64,000 nucleotides of DNA from Clostridia bacterium (GCA_050951325.1 JBMNIW010000012.1:288001-352000); one strand, 5' to 3'. Shown: positions 17,489 to 26,242, numbered from the stretch's first letter. Program-made: numbers and translations. The notes: generated from the letters alone by a model not told the origin.

Positions 17489-17857
17489 TTACACCCCCCG
17501 ATAAGTTAAACCTGTTTGTCTAAGTACTCCGTATATACTGGCTGTTGTATATACCCCACATACTTGTAAGACTTTTGATGTATCCCACGTCATTGAAACA
17601 CCGTTTATTGCATATGACGATAAAGGATTTTCTAAATAAATGCCGTATTGGTGTTTGAAATCCGCCTGGTCCACTACCGATTGTTTGACAAGCTCACGTT
17701 GGAAGTCCGTGAGCCTGTCGAATCCAAGACCTTTTATTCGGTTAAAAGTAAGGCTGTCTATGTGCCTTTCAGCATCTCTCAAAACACTTTCCAACTTTTC
17801 GGGACCAACAGCCTTATCGTTGCTTAAAACTTCATACTCTTCAAGGCTCACGTACAT
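17489..17857 (-). CDS. Phage head-tail connector protein
   Basis: AERHIDSLTFNRI, SSYAINGVSM and LRQTGLTYRGV; position after the capsid gene. Confidence 0.75.
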   Translation of the reverse strand: MYVSLEEYEVLSNDKAVGPEKLESVLRDAERHIDSLTFNRIKGLGFDRLTDFQRELVKQSVVDQADFKHQYGIYLENPLSSYAINGVSMTWDTSKVLQVCGVYTTASIYGVLRQTGLTYRGV

Positions 17858-17862
17858 TTACA

Positions 17863-18111
17863 TCACCCTTTTTTGTCTTTTTCAGGTTCTTTTTGTAATT
17901 TTTCTAGCTCTTTCTGTAGCTTTTCGTTAGCTTTTGTTAGTTTTTCAATCTCCCTTAACGCATTTTCATATTTAGTATAGGAGACTGTTTTACCGACTCC
18001 ATGAGCTATCAATTTACCTTTACCATCGTAAATGTCATAGCCTAATGCAATATAAGTATCCTTTTCTCCTTCTGTAATCGTATATTGCCTATTAGCCCTT
18101 TTTGCATACAC
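17863..18111 (-). CDS. Small phage protein with coiled-coil C-terminus
   Basis: 82 aa directly after the major capsid gene; GAGGTG RBS. Confidence 0.7.
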   Translation of the reverse strand: MYAKRANRQYTITEGEKDTYIALGYDIYDGKGKLIAHGVGKTVSYTKYENALREIEKLTKANEKLQKELEKLQKEPEKDKKG

Positions 18112-18124
18112 TCAACATCACCTC

Positions 18125-19006
18125 TTATTCTGCATCTGTGTTTATTGCTATGCCATCTTTGCGCGTATCTAGCACAAACAAATCTCCATATTTTCTATTC
18201 TGATACAGGTAACCGTCTCCCTGAGTATGTGTACCAGGAGCCCATAGTCTGATATAGGAGTGTTTATCACAAGCAATGACAGATGAAGGATGCACAAGTA
18301 TCATATTGATTTGCTTAGCGTCTGCTGCTGGCTTGAAGCCATCCGTAAAGTCGTAGGATGTCTTGAGCCTACCGCTGGGCACTTCCACTATATTCACGTT
18401 ATCCAAGCTTACAATTCTCCTATCAAGGCCACCAGCACTAGATACGTTGATTTGTCTCTGTACTGCATCAGCAGTTTTGAGTAGCTTATTAACGGATGGG
18501 GTCACATATAAAATTCTTCCGTCTACAGGAACCTCTTTATCCGTCATTTGCTCCATCCAATTATCAAAGACATCTAGAATATTAGACGCAGTTAATGCTG
18601 TAGTGTCCACCACTCCACCAAGGTCTACAAAATCAGCGTACAGCTTCGAGAACCTGTATACGTCCATCTCTGGAATGGCCTGCTCGGTAACAAAAGTATT
18701 TGTTATGTTTGCTGCAGCTACAACCTCATTTGACTCATCTACGTCCATGCTATCAACAAAGAACTCGATGTTTCTGTCAAAAGCCAGAGTCTTGGTCATC
18801 CATTTGTTCTCAACACTCTGCCTATTAAAACCACCTTGTCTACCGTGGTCCTTGTATCCCCCAACAATCACATAAGGTATTTTTATAGTGTTAGCGTTGA
18901 CAAACTGTATCCTTTCTGTGGTTAGACCACTTGAAAGGGCCTCTCTAGTGTATTTTTGCTTTAGTTCTCTTTCAAAAGTAGTTGCATAATTAATTACATT
19001 TTCCAT
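18125..19006 (-). CDS. Phage major capsid protein
   Basis: INYAT.F, DRNIEFFVDSMDVDE, IPEMDVYRFSKL and YLYQNR.Y.DLFV; follows the scaffold gene. Confidence 0.85.
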   Translation of the reverse strand: MENVINYATTFERELKQKYTREALSSGLTTERIQFVNANTIKIPYVIVGGYKDHGRQGGFNRQSVENKWMTKTLAFDRNIEFFVDSMDVDESNEVVAAANITNTFVTEQAIPEMDVYRFSKLYADFVDLGGVVDTTALTASNILDVFDNWMEQMTDKEVPVDGRILYVTPSVNKLLKTADAVQRQINVSSAGGLDRRIVSLDNVNIVEVPSGRLKTSYDFTDGFKPAADAKQINMILVHPSSVIACDKHSYIRLWAPGTHTQGDGYLYQNRKYGDLFVLDTRKDGIAINTDAE

Positions 19007-19028
19007 ATTTACTTATCCCCTTTGTCTG

Positions 19029-19632
19029 TTATTTTTTATTTCCGAATATCTCGGCAAGTACATCATTGGTGGCTGGCTCTTGATGTTTACCACCTGTAGC
19101 TCCAACCTTAAACCCTCCACCTTGCTTACTGCTGTCAGACTTCCATTCCGGATGTCTTTTAAGTACGGACTTCAAAGCATCCTTAATGTCTTCCTCGTCA
19201 ACTTCTCCGTCCTTCTCGGCTGTGCGTAAAGCCAAATACACCGCATCCTCCACAACATCAGGCCTTATCCCATTTCTGAACGCTTCCAGCTGTGCACGTG
19301 CCATAAGCAATTCTCTATTTAGGTTTTCAAGTTCGGGGGTTGTCTGTGTAGTCCCCTCATCGCCCTCATCAGGGTTTTGAGTGTTTGCTTGTTTCTGCTG
19401 TTGCCTTTGCTGTTTAGCTAACTTCCTGCGTTCCCTTTCAAGCCTTTTTTCTATAATGGCATCCAACTCTTCCTGAGTTTTAGGAAGGTTGTCGTGTGCA
19501 AGTGCTTCCAGGCTCTGTATTGGGGTCGGTATCCTGGTTAGTTTCTTGGCTCTTGTTAGGATCGTCTTCAGCGCCTTCACCATCAGCAAAAAGCTGTAAG
19601 TCAATTTTTAATGGTTCAAACTCTTTAAGCAT
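19029..19632 (-). pseudogene. Phage scaffolding protein, frameshifted near 19500
   Basis: AGGAGG + ATG at 19632 gives MLKEFEPLKIDLQLFADGEG...; TQEELDAIIEKRLERERRK and the rest lie in another frame. Confidence 0.8.
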
Positions 19633-19711
19633 TATTGCTCCTCCTTTTATAGCCTGTCGGCTTAATAGTTGTACCATGCAGTTTTACGCCATCAGCACGT
19701 TTATAGGCATT

Positions 19712-19737
19712 AAAAAAGCACCCTGTTAAGAGTGCTT
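19712..19737 (-). terminator. Rho-independent terminator after the candidate immunity gene
   Basis: AAGCACTC-TTAACA-GGGTGCTT followed by a T run on the minus strand. Confidence 0.8.
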
Positions 19738-19792
19738 GAAAGTAAACTAATTATTGTATATTGAGAACCTACAACTGTAGGTACGGTAAAAA

Positions 19793-20035
19793 CTACCCTA
19801 TAGCGACCATATACGGGCGAAACGTAAGCGACCCATTATCCATCAGCCTGTATAGATGGGGGAATAATCGCTTTGTATTAAACTCATTACAACCTTCGGA
19901 CAAGAACTCAATAAGGAAACGGTCATCCTTCTTTTCATACTTTATAATCCCATCACAAGTGTCGTTTTGCTCGAAACTATATCCGATTGTTACGAAATCC
20001 TCATTTTGTTCAAGTAACTTAACATACCAAATCAT
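19793..20035 (-). CDS. Candidate immunity protein for the MuF C-terminal toxin
   Basis: 80-aa ORF with AAGGAG RBS, 13 bp after the MuF stop, in the slot immunity genes occupy in MuF polymorphic toxin loci. Confidence 0.6.
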   Translation of the reverse strand: MIWYVKLLEQNEDFVTIGYSFEQNDTCDGIIKYEKKDDRFLIEFLSEGCNEFNTKRLFPHLYRLMDNGSLTFRPYMVAIG

Positions 20036-20048
20036 ATATCTAATCTCC

Positions 20049-21428
20049 TTATTTTGGGTTTAATAATTCCGTATAGTTATATCTTTTATTCGCTCTATTA
20101 TGTGCTTCTTGATAGCTATAGCCCCGTAACATCAGGGCTCGTTCTGCAATTTCATGTTTGAGAAGCACTATATCGCTCTCTTGTATATTCTTACCGTCAA
20201 TTAGTCTTTGCCAAGACTGCGCTATGTGATAGTCAGCGTCAAAAAAGTCTAATTCATCTCTGCCCAAATCGTGTTTTTCCATAAACAAGTGACTTTTCAC
20301 TTTGCTTATATTTTTAGGTTTATATCCTGTGTTTTCAGCAATTCGCAAAGTGTCCGTTTTCATCCTTCTTACAGCTTCGTAATACCTATTTGCATGTTCT
20401 GCTGCCTTTTTAGAGTAAGGATCTAATGCGCCTGTTACACGTTTTCTGTCACTTAGTGTACCATCGTCTGTAGTTTTGTCAACACTTATGTCATAAACTC
20501 TTTCTCTCCAATAGTCTCTTCTTAGAACATCGCTATGCTTATTAACAAACTCTCTAAGCTCCTTTTGCTTAGCTTTTATCTGGTCTTGATATAGTTTTTC
20601 ATTCCCTGCTGATAAAGAGCCTGTATTAAGCCTTTTAAGCTTTCTGATTTCTCTCTCAAGCTTCCTTTGTTGCTGTTCCAGCTTGTAATTCTCGCCTGTT
20701 TTCTTAGGATCTAAGGCAGTAGGCAACTTACTAACGCCCTCTATCCAGGTAGTGTGTGAGTGTCTGCAGTTGGGATGATACAATCCGCCCTTAATTGCCA
20801 CAGACAGTAGTGGATACCATTTACCATTCTTGCGTTTCCCCATCTCTCCACTTCTTTCGCCCTCAAACACTCCCCAGACATCATCTATGTAAACCCTGCC
20901 TTGCCAAGGCAAACAGGTCTCAGAACAGGCTCCATATTGACTTACCAGGACTGTATCAATCCCCAATTCAGCCCGTTTTGCCGCTGCTCCGTTCAGATAG
21001 GACCTGGTAGCTGCAGTCCTTAGTGCCATTTGTACGTAATCGGCAATATTTACACGTCTGCCATCCTTATACTCGATACAGTTAATTCCTGCATTCAGAA
21101 AATCTCTTGTTGCCATATCAATAGCCTGTGGTAATGTGGTGGCTCCTGCAGACATTGCAACCTCAGCCTTATAAAGTGTTCGCCTATAGACGTCATCCAT
21201 GTATCTTAAGGCCGCTTTTTCTATGTTACTCTCTTTGGCTATTATCTCTTCGGTTAACTTGTCTACACGGTCCTTATTAACCCCAAAAAAGCTATCCTCT
21301 GTTACCGGGGGAGGAGGCTCATAATCTAATTCCTCAAGTTCATCCTCCGTATCCTGGTAACCTTCCTCAAATTGCTCCTTAAGCAGTTCTCGTATGTCCT
21401 TGCTTACTGTTCCGGTATAATGTCCCAT
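20049..21428 (-). CDS. MuF/phage minor capsid protein 2 with C-terminal toxin-like domain, 5'-truncated
   Basis: YKDGRRVNIADY, ACSETCLPWQGRVY and GLYHPNCRH. The frame extends without a start to about 21470 and then hits a stop; about 135-aa C-terminal extension. Confidence 0.85.
   Translation of the reverse strand: MGHYTGTVSKDIRELLKEQFEEGYQDTEDELEELDYEPPPPVTEDSFFGVNKDRVDKLTEEIIAKESNIEKAALRYMDDVYRRTLYKAEVAMSAGATTLPQAIDMATRDFLNAGINCIEYKDGRRVNIADYVQMALRTAATRSYLNGAAAKRAELGIDTVLVSQYGACSETCLPWQGRVYIDDVWGVFEGERSGEMGKRKNGKWYPLLSVAIKGGLYHPNCRHSHTTWIEGVSKLPTALDPKKTGENYKLEQQQRKLEREIRKLKRLNTGSLSAGNEKLYQDQIKAKQKELREFVNKHSDVLRRDYWRERVYDISVDKTTDDGTLSDRKRVTGALDPYSKKAAEHANRYYEAVRRMKTDTLRIAENTGYKPKNISKVKSHLFMEKHDLGRDELDFFDADYHIAQSWQRLIDGKNIQESDIVLLKHEIAERALMLRGYSYQEAHNRANKRYNYTELLNPK
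20455..20482 (-). promoter_or_regulatory. Internal sigma-A promoter within the MuF gene
   Basis: TTGACA (20482-20477), 16 bp, extended -10 TG-g-TACACT (20460-20455). Confidence 0.7.
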
Positions 21429-21470
21429 GATCTGCCTGTTATCTTTGAAAAACCTACCAATTTCCCTTAA

Positions 21471-22098
21471 CTAAAGTAGGGTGGGACTACATACCGAAAA
21501 ACCCAGCGGACCATGTAACTCCTCCTGAAGATGATAAGAGAACCATCAAATACTGGTTGCAAGAAGAAGCAGATAAATTCTAGTAGCTGCATTATTATGG
21601 GAGAATGTAGACCTTGATAAAGGGATATTATATGTAAAGTATAATATGGTGCAAAAGGGAGAGAGCTAGTTTTAGACGATACTAAAACAGAAAGTAGTGA
21701 GGGTGCAGTAGCTATGACAGGGACATTAGTTACAGAGCTGAAAAAATTAAAAGAGAAGCAAGAAGAGCTTTCTAAGGTGACAAGTATAAAGTATAAGTTC
21801 GTGTGTAGCTGGGAAAACGGAAGACCTCTAAGACCTTTGTACATCTAGCAAGTTTGTAAAAAGATACAAGCTACCTAAAATTACCTTCCATGGACTTAGG
21901 CATTTCCATGCTATATTACTGTATATCTCAGGAGCGTCAAGTAATGCCATCTCAAAGAGTTTAAGACCCTCTAGAGTGAGTTCTACGGATGATATTTATA
22001 TACACGTAACAGAAGAAATACAAAACAAAACGGCTTCTATCTTTAAGCAAGCATTAGAAACCGTTATCAAATCTAACGTTCAAAAAGAGGCAAACTAA
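21471..22098 (+). pseudogene. Tyrosine integrase remnant
   Basis: Not in the ORF track. Pieces in shifted frames: WDYIPKNPADHVTPP..KYW, TGC, ALLWENVDLDKG, DTKTESS and KITFHGLRHFHA...SLRPSRVSSTDDIYIHV. The box II His is replaced by Pro. Confidence 0.9.
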
Positions 22099-22110
22099 AG
22101 TAATTCATTA

Positions 22111-22128
22111 GGACGCTTTTTGGACGCT
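22111..22128. repeat. GGACGCT direct repeat (candidate integrase arm-type sites)
   Basis: Two copies with an 11-bp period, between the integrase stop and the tRNA-Cys 3' end. Confidence 0.5.
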
Positions 22129-22176
22129 AGGAAAAATTTAGTTACCTCTTTAAGTCGCAAAAACCATTGTATTTGT

Positions 22177-22250
<74 letters not shown>

Positions 22251-22289
22251 AAATAAAAAAACAGATTTTTTGGATCTGTTTTAAAAAGA

Positions 22290-22364
22290 TGGAGCGGGTT
22301 ACGAGATTTGAACTCGCGACTTTCACCTTGGCAAGGTGACACTCTACCGCTGAGTTAAACCCGC
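22290..22364 (-). tRNA. tRNA-Gly(GCC)
   Basis: GCGGGTT...CTTGCCAAG...GTTCAAATC...AACCCGCTCCA. Confidence 0.95.
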
Positions 22365-22367
22365 ACC

Positions 22368-22443
<76 letters not shown>

Positions 22444-22448
22444 AAAAA

Positions 22449-22525
22449 TGGCGACCCGGAAGGGACTCGAACCCTCGGCCTCTAGCGTGACAGGCTAGCG
22501 TTCTAACCAACTGAACTACCGGGCC
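22449..22525 (-). tRNA. tRNA-Asp(GTC)
   Basis: GGCCCGGTAGTTCAG...CTGTCAC...GTTCGAGTC...GGGTCGCCA. Confidence 0.95.
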
Positions 22526-22530
22526 ATAAG

Positions 22531-22606
22531 TGGTGGGAGTTATAGGACTTGAACCTATGACCCCCTGCTTGTAAGGCAGATGCTCTCCCAGCTGAGCTAA
22601 ACTCCC
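22531..22606 (-). tRNA. tRNA-Val(TAC)
   Basis: GGGAGTTTAGCTCAG...CTTACAA...GTTCAAGTC...ACTCCCACCA. Confidence 0.95.
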
Positions 22607-22645
22607 ACTTGTACCAGTGCCGCTTAAATCTCAGCGACGCAATAC

Positions 22646-22674
22646 ATTATACTAAACATTTTCATGATTGTCAA
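22646..22674 (-). promoter_or_regulatory. Consensus sigma-A promoter of the tRNA cluster
   Basis: TTGACA-17 bp-TATAAT. Confidence 0.9.
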
Positions 22675-22717
22675 CACTATTTTCTGAAAAAACCAAATAT
22701 TTTTTCACCAATTTTTT

Positions 22718-23581
22718 CTACTCCAGCTCGTCATTTATTTTCTTCAACTCATCAGTGTTAAAGTAATATGCGGTATTACAGAAATGACACTTAACTTCTG
22801 CACCTTCGTCATCCTCGATAATTTCAGCAAGTCCATCTTTGCCTAGACTTGCGATCACTCCAATTATTCTGTCCCTAGAGCAGTTGCAGGCATAGGATGT
22901 CTCAACTTCTTCAAGCCTTTCCATACTGAAACCCCTCATGAAATCGTTAAGAACATCATCAATAGTTGCACCAGCGTACAAAAGCTGTGACACTGGAGGA
23001 AAGGACATTGAACGTTTCTCCAGCTCGACTATTATCTCCTCATCCGTATTGGGTAGAGGTTGTATCATGAATCCTCCAGACGCAAGAACCTCGTTACCCT
23101 TTACCAACACGCCTAGAGAAATGAGTGATGGTATCTGCTCAGACACAGCAAGATAATAAGCTAGATCTTCGGCGATTTCGCCTGTAAGCAATGGCACGGA
23201 GCCCACATAGGGTTCCTTTAAACCAAAGTCTTTAACGACGGTTATGTTGCCTTTACCAATAGCTCCGCCTACATCCAGCTTACCGTCTTTAAGAGGCAAA
23301 GTGACATCGGGATTGATTACATAGCCACGAACCTTGCAGTCTGATGTCGTAACTGCTACAACTCCTCCCAAAGGCCCGTCACCTCTTATCTGCAATGTGA
23401 GAATATCATCCTTGTTTTTTAAATGTCTGGTTAATATTAATGCACCGGTCAAAGTCCGTCCAAACGCAGCTGTCGCCACATTGCTTGTACTATGAATTCT
23501 TGCAGCATTTTTCAACACCTCAAGAGAGTCAACTCCTACACATCGGACCTGACCGTTTGCACCTAGATAGTTTACCAACAT
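22718..23581 (-). CDS. hslO: Hsp33 redox-regulated chaperone
   Basis: AFGRTLT, GDGPLG, SEQIPS and the CNCS...CHFC zinc motif. Confidence 0.93.
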   Translation of the reverse strand: MLVNYLGANGQVRCVGVDSLEVLKNAARIHSTSNVATAAFGRTLTGALILTRHLKNKDDILTLQIRGDGPLGGVVAVTTSDCKVRGYVINPDVTLPLKDGKLDVGGAIGKGNITVVKDFGLKEPYVGSVPLLTGEIAEDLAYYLAVSEQIPSLISLGVLVKGNEVLASGGFMIQPLPNTDEEIIVELEKRSMSFPPVSQLLYAGATIDDVLNDFMRGFSMERLEEVETSYACNCSRDRIIGVIASLGKDGLAEIIEDDEGAEVKCHFCNTAYYFNTDELKKINDELE

Positions 23582-23612
23582 TAATTATTCCACCTTAGTT
23601 CCAAAGGAAAAC

Positions 23613-23828
23613 TCAAACTCTTCTTACGTTTGCGGCTTGTGGGCCTTTGCTTCCCTCGACTATCTCAAATTGAACTTCCATGCCTTCTTCCAAAGTCTTA
23701 AAGCCATCCATTTCAATTGCCGAATAGTGGACAAAGACATCGTTTCCATTATCCTGCTCAATAAAGCCAAAGCCTTTGTCCGAATTAAACCATTTTACTT
23801 TACCAGTTTTTACTTTACCAGTTTCCAT
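23613..23828 (-). CDS. Cold-shock protein
   Basis: [30 protein letters not shown]; AGGAGG RBS before 23828. Confidence 0.95.
   Translation of the reverse strand: METGKVKTGKVKWFNSDKGFGFIEQDNGNDVFVHYSAIEMDGFKTLEEGMEVQFEIVEGSKGPQAANVRRV
23793..23822. repeat. 15-bp in-frame tandem duplication in csp
   Basis: TTTTACTTTACCAGT x2, encoding KTGKV/TGKVK twice. Confidence 0.9.
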
Positions 23829-23905
23829 ATTTCTAAATTCCTCCTGACTTAACTTTGCCCACATTACCAATATATATTTATATCAATATCGTAAGCAACA
23901 ATGTA

Positions 23906-23934
23906 AGTGTAACACGCAGGGAAATGTAAGTCAA
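23906..23934 (-). promoter_or_regulatory. Sigma-A promoter of csp
   Basis: TTGACT-17 bp-TACACT with an extended TG. Confidence 0.65.
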
Positions 23935-24031
23935 CCCACAAACCACTCAAGAATGCGTTAACCCTTACGTTTTTATTTGACCAAAAGCCTGATAAGCTTT
24001 TAGATAGTATACACGATATGTACATTTCTAA

Positions 24032-24799
24032 TCAAACTTTTTCTAGTATATAGTAACGCCTTGTATCTTCATTCGTTATGTTTGTCTTTTCAACAGACGA
24101 GTATACGTTCTTCAGCTTCAGCTTCGACTTCGTAATCGAGTCATATAGTTCCTCTTCAGTCCATGCTCTCTCCACAACCACATCGTCCAAACGCTGATAT
24201 ATGTCTTCTTCGGGATCCAAAAGCTTGTACAATGTAATATCGTATTCCATTATCCTGCTCTCTACATCATATTTTGATTCCCATATACAGCTTTCAAAGT
24301 CATCCGATTCACAATATACATTACTCCCTACAACATCCCTAAAATACCTCTCCGTAAGAATATCGAATATGAACATGCCGCCAACATCCAGGTATTTGCA
24401 TACTCTTTTAAAAAACCTGTCAAGCTTCTTCTTATCGGTAATATGATTAACTCCGTCAGTAATACAAACCATGCCAGAAACAGGACCATGCAGCTCAAGT
24501 TCGCTCATATCCTGACATATCCATAGTATACTGCTTCCACCTGTGACCTCGTATTCTGCATCTCTTGCGGCTTCCAGCATCTCATAGGATAAGTCGACAC
24601 CAATCATATCATACCCATACTTGAGAAGCTCCAACGCAAGGCTCCCTGTTCCACAGGCAAGGTCCACAACACAAGGAGAGTCCGTACCTTTAAACAGGCC
24701 GGACCCGGAAAACTGCTCATGGACAAATTCCGCCAGTTGCTTGTAGTTTATGTCTTTTGTAAATCTGTTGTAAAATTCTGCAAGGGAATCGTACATCAT
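24032..24799 (-). CDS. Class I SAM-dependent methyltransferase
   Basis: VVDLACGTG, GVDLSYEML, CQDM and GGMFIFD motifs. Confidence 0.88.
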   Translation of the reverse strand: MMYDSLAEFYNRFTKDINYKQLAEFVHEQFSGSGLFKGTDSPCVVDLACGTGSLALELLKYGYDMIGVDLSYEMLEAARDAEYEVTGGSSILWICQDMSELELHGPVSGMVCITDGVNHITDKKKLDRFFKRVCKYLDVGGMFIFDILTERYFRDVVGSNVYCESDDFESCIWESKYDVESRIMEYDITLYKLLDPEEDIYQRLDDVVVERAWTEEELYDSITKSKLKLKNVYSSVEKTNITNEDTRRYYILEKV

Positions 24800-26163
24800 A
24801 TCATCTTCTCTATTTCCATCAAAGCTCTTTGAAGCTGATCATCAAAATCAAAGGGCAGCTTGTCCGGCGATATATTCTTGTACTCTTCAGCAAGTTCAAC
24901 CTTGATATCAGGCTCAATGCCAATATCATGAATGCACTGACCTGAAGGTGTGAAATAACGGGCAACAGTCAAGACAATTCCACTTCCGTCTACCTCGTAT
25001 GTCTTGCTTACTTGACCCAAAGCCTTTCCATAAGACTTGACCCCTATAATCACACCCTTTTCAAAATCACGGAAAGCTCCAGCAACAAGCTCGGAGGCAC
25101 TGGCCGTGTTCTGATTAATAAGCATTACGATAGGTAAATCAAGTTCGCTCTTGTCAGACTTTATCTCCTTTATCTTCTTTCCGTTCCTGTCTTCTGAGTA
25201 TGCAATTACTCCCTCGGGCAGGATAACATCTGCAACAATTGAAGCTTGGGATTCAAATCCTCCTCCGTTGTTTCTCAAATCCAGTATAAGTCCCTTGGTA
25301 TCCTTTTTTAATATCTCATTTATTACATTCTCAAACTCCTTACCCGTATCATCATCAAACTGGGTAATCTGGATATATGCAATACCGTTATCATAATATT
25401 TTGTAAAAACCGTCTGCTTCTTTATAACCTCAACTTTTACATCGTATTGAACTGTTTTACCACCTGAAGTCACCACTGTAAGGATTACCTCATTACCTTC
25501 CTTCCCCAGAAGATTTGATCTTTCCTCACTGCTCATTTCAGTTGCAGCTTTACCATTAATATGAGTAATGACATCATCCTTTTTTATTCCCACTCTCCAT
25601 GATGGAGTATCCTCAAATACATTTGTTACCTTGAGTCCGTTTTCAACTTCCTGGACTTCGACTCCTATTCCCCTGTAGGTACCTGTTATGTAGTCATTGT
25701 AATCATCCATGCTACCAGGTTCAAAATAGTTGGAGTAAGGGTCTCCCAAAGCGTCAACAAGGCCTTTCAATGCACCTTCAAGCAGTTCGTTTTCATCATA
25801 CTCCAAGTAATAGTTCTTCCTTATGAAATTAAGCACATCCTGAAATTTTGCTACTTTTCTGTAATCAACAGTTCTATCAAATGAAACCTTATTGCTTTTT
25901 TCAGCAAAGTATCCGCCATAGAAAAGTCTGTCTGCAACAAAGAATGATAAAAATACGGTTATTACAATTATTATCGCTGCTGAGAAAAATAATGTGGAAG
26001 CGCTAAGTTTAAAATAATATTCCTTTTTAGGACTCTGAGTTTCGTTAATATCGTCTTCCCTGTATTCCAGAACATCAATTCCCTGATGTTCCTTCTTCTT
26101 CTTCATTATTCTTTTTATCTTTCTCGTTAACTTAGTATCCTTAAGATAAAACTTTTTACCCAT
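24796..26163 (-). CDS. S41 carboxy-terminal processing protease with PDZ domain
   Basis: LGDPYS, GIGV (PDZ), LDLRNNGGG, TASASE, SYGK, GIEPD; start codon uncertain. Confidence 0.9.
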   Translation of the reverse strand: MGKKFYLKDTKLTRKIKRIMKKKKEHQGIDVLEYREDDINETQSPKKEYYFKLSASTLFFSAAIIIVITVFLSFFVADRLFYGGYFAEKSNKVSFDRTVDYRKVAKFQDVLNFIRKNYYLEYDENELLEGALKGLVDALGDPYSNYFEPGSMDDYNDYITGTYRGIGVEVQEVENGLKVTNVFEDTPSWRVGIKKDDVITHINGKAATEMSSEERSNLLGKEGNEVILTVVTSGGKTVQYDVKVEVIKKQTVFTKYYDNGIAYIQITQFDDDTGKEFENVINEILKKDTKGLILDLRNNGGGFESQASIVADVILPEGVIAYSEDRNGKKIKEIKSDKSELDLPIVMLINQNTASASELVAGAFRDFEKGVIIGVKSYGKALGQVSKTYEVDGSGIVLTVARYFTPSGQCIHDIGIEPDIKVELAEEYKNISPDKLPFDFDDQLQRALMEIEKMI

Positions 26164-26242
26164 TTTAACCTCTATCCTTCCAAAAAAAATAAGGTATACC
26201 ATACCTTGCAAGGGTAAAGTATACCTTAATAATCCAATAAAA

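Larger units (their letters stand above)
16870..22176. mobile_element. Cryptic prophage remnant at the 3' end of tRNA-Cys
   Basis: Head-module genes plus an integrase pseudogene abutting tRNA-Cys; no portal, terminase, tail, lysis or replication genes. Confidence 0.9.

Noticed and set aside
21467-21844. 125-aa minus-strand ORF
   Set aside because: It is antisense to the integrase pseudogene, whose motifs are clear on the plus strand.
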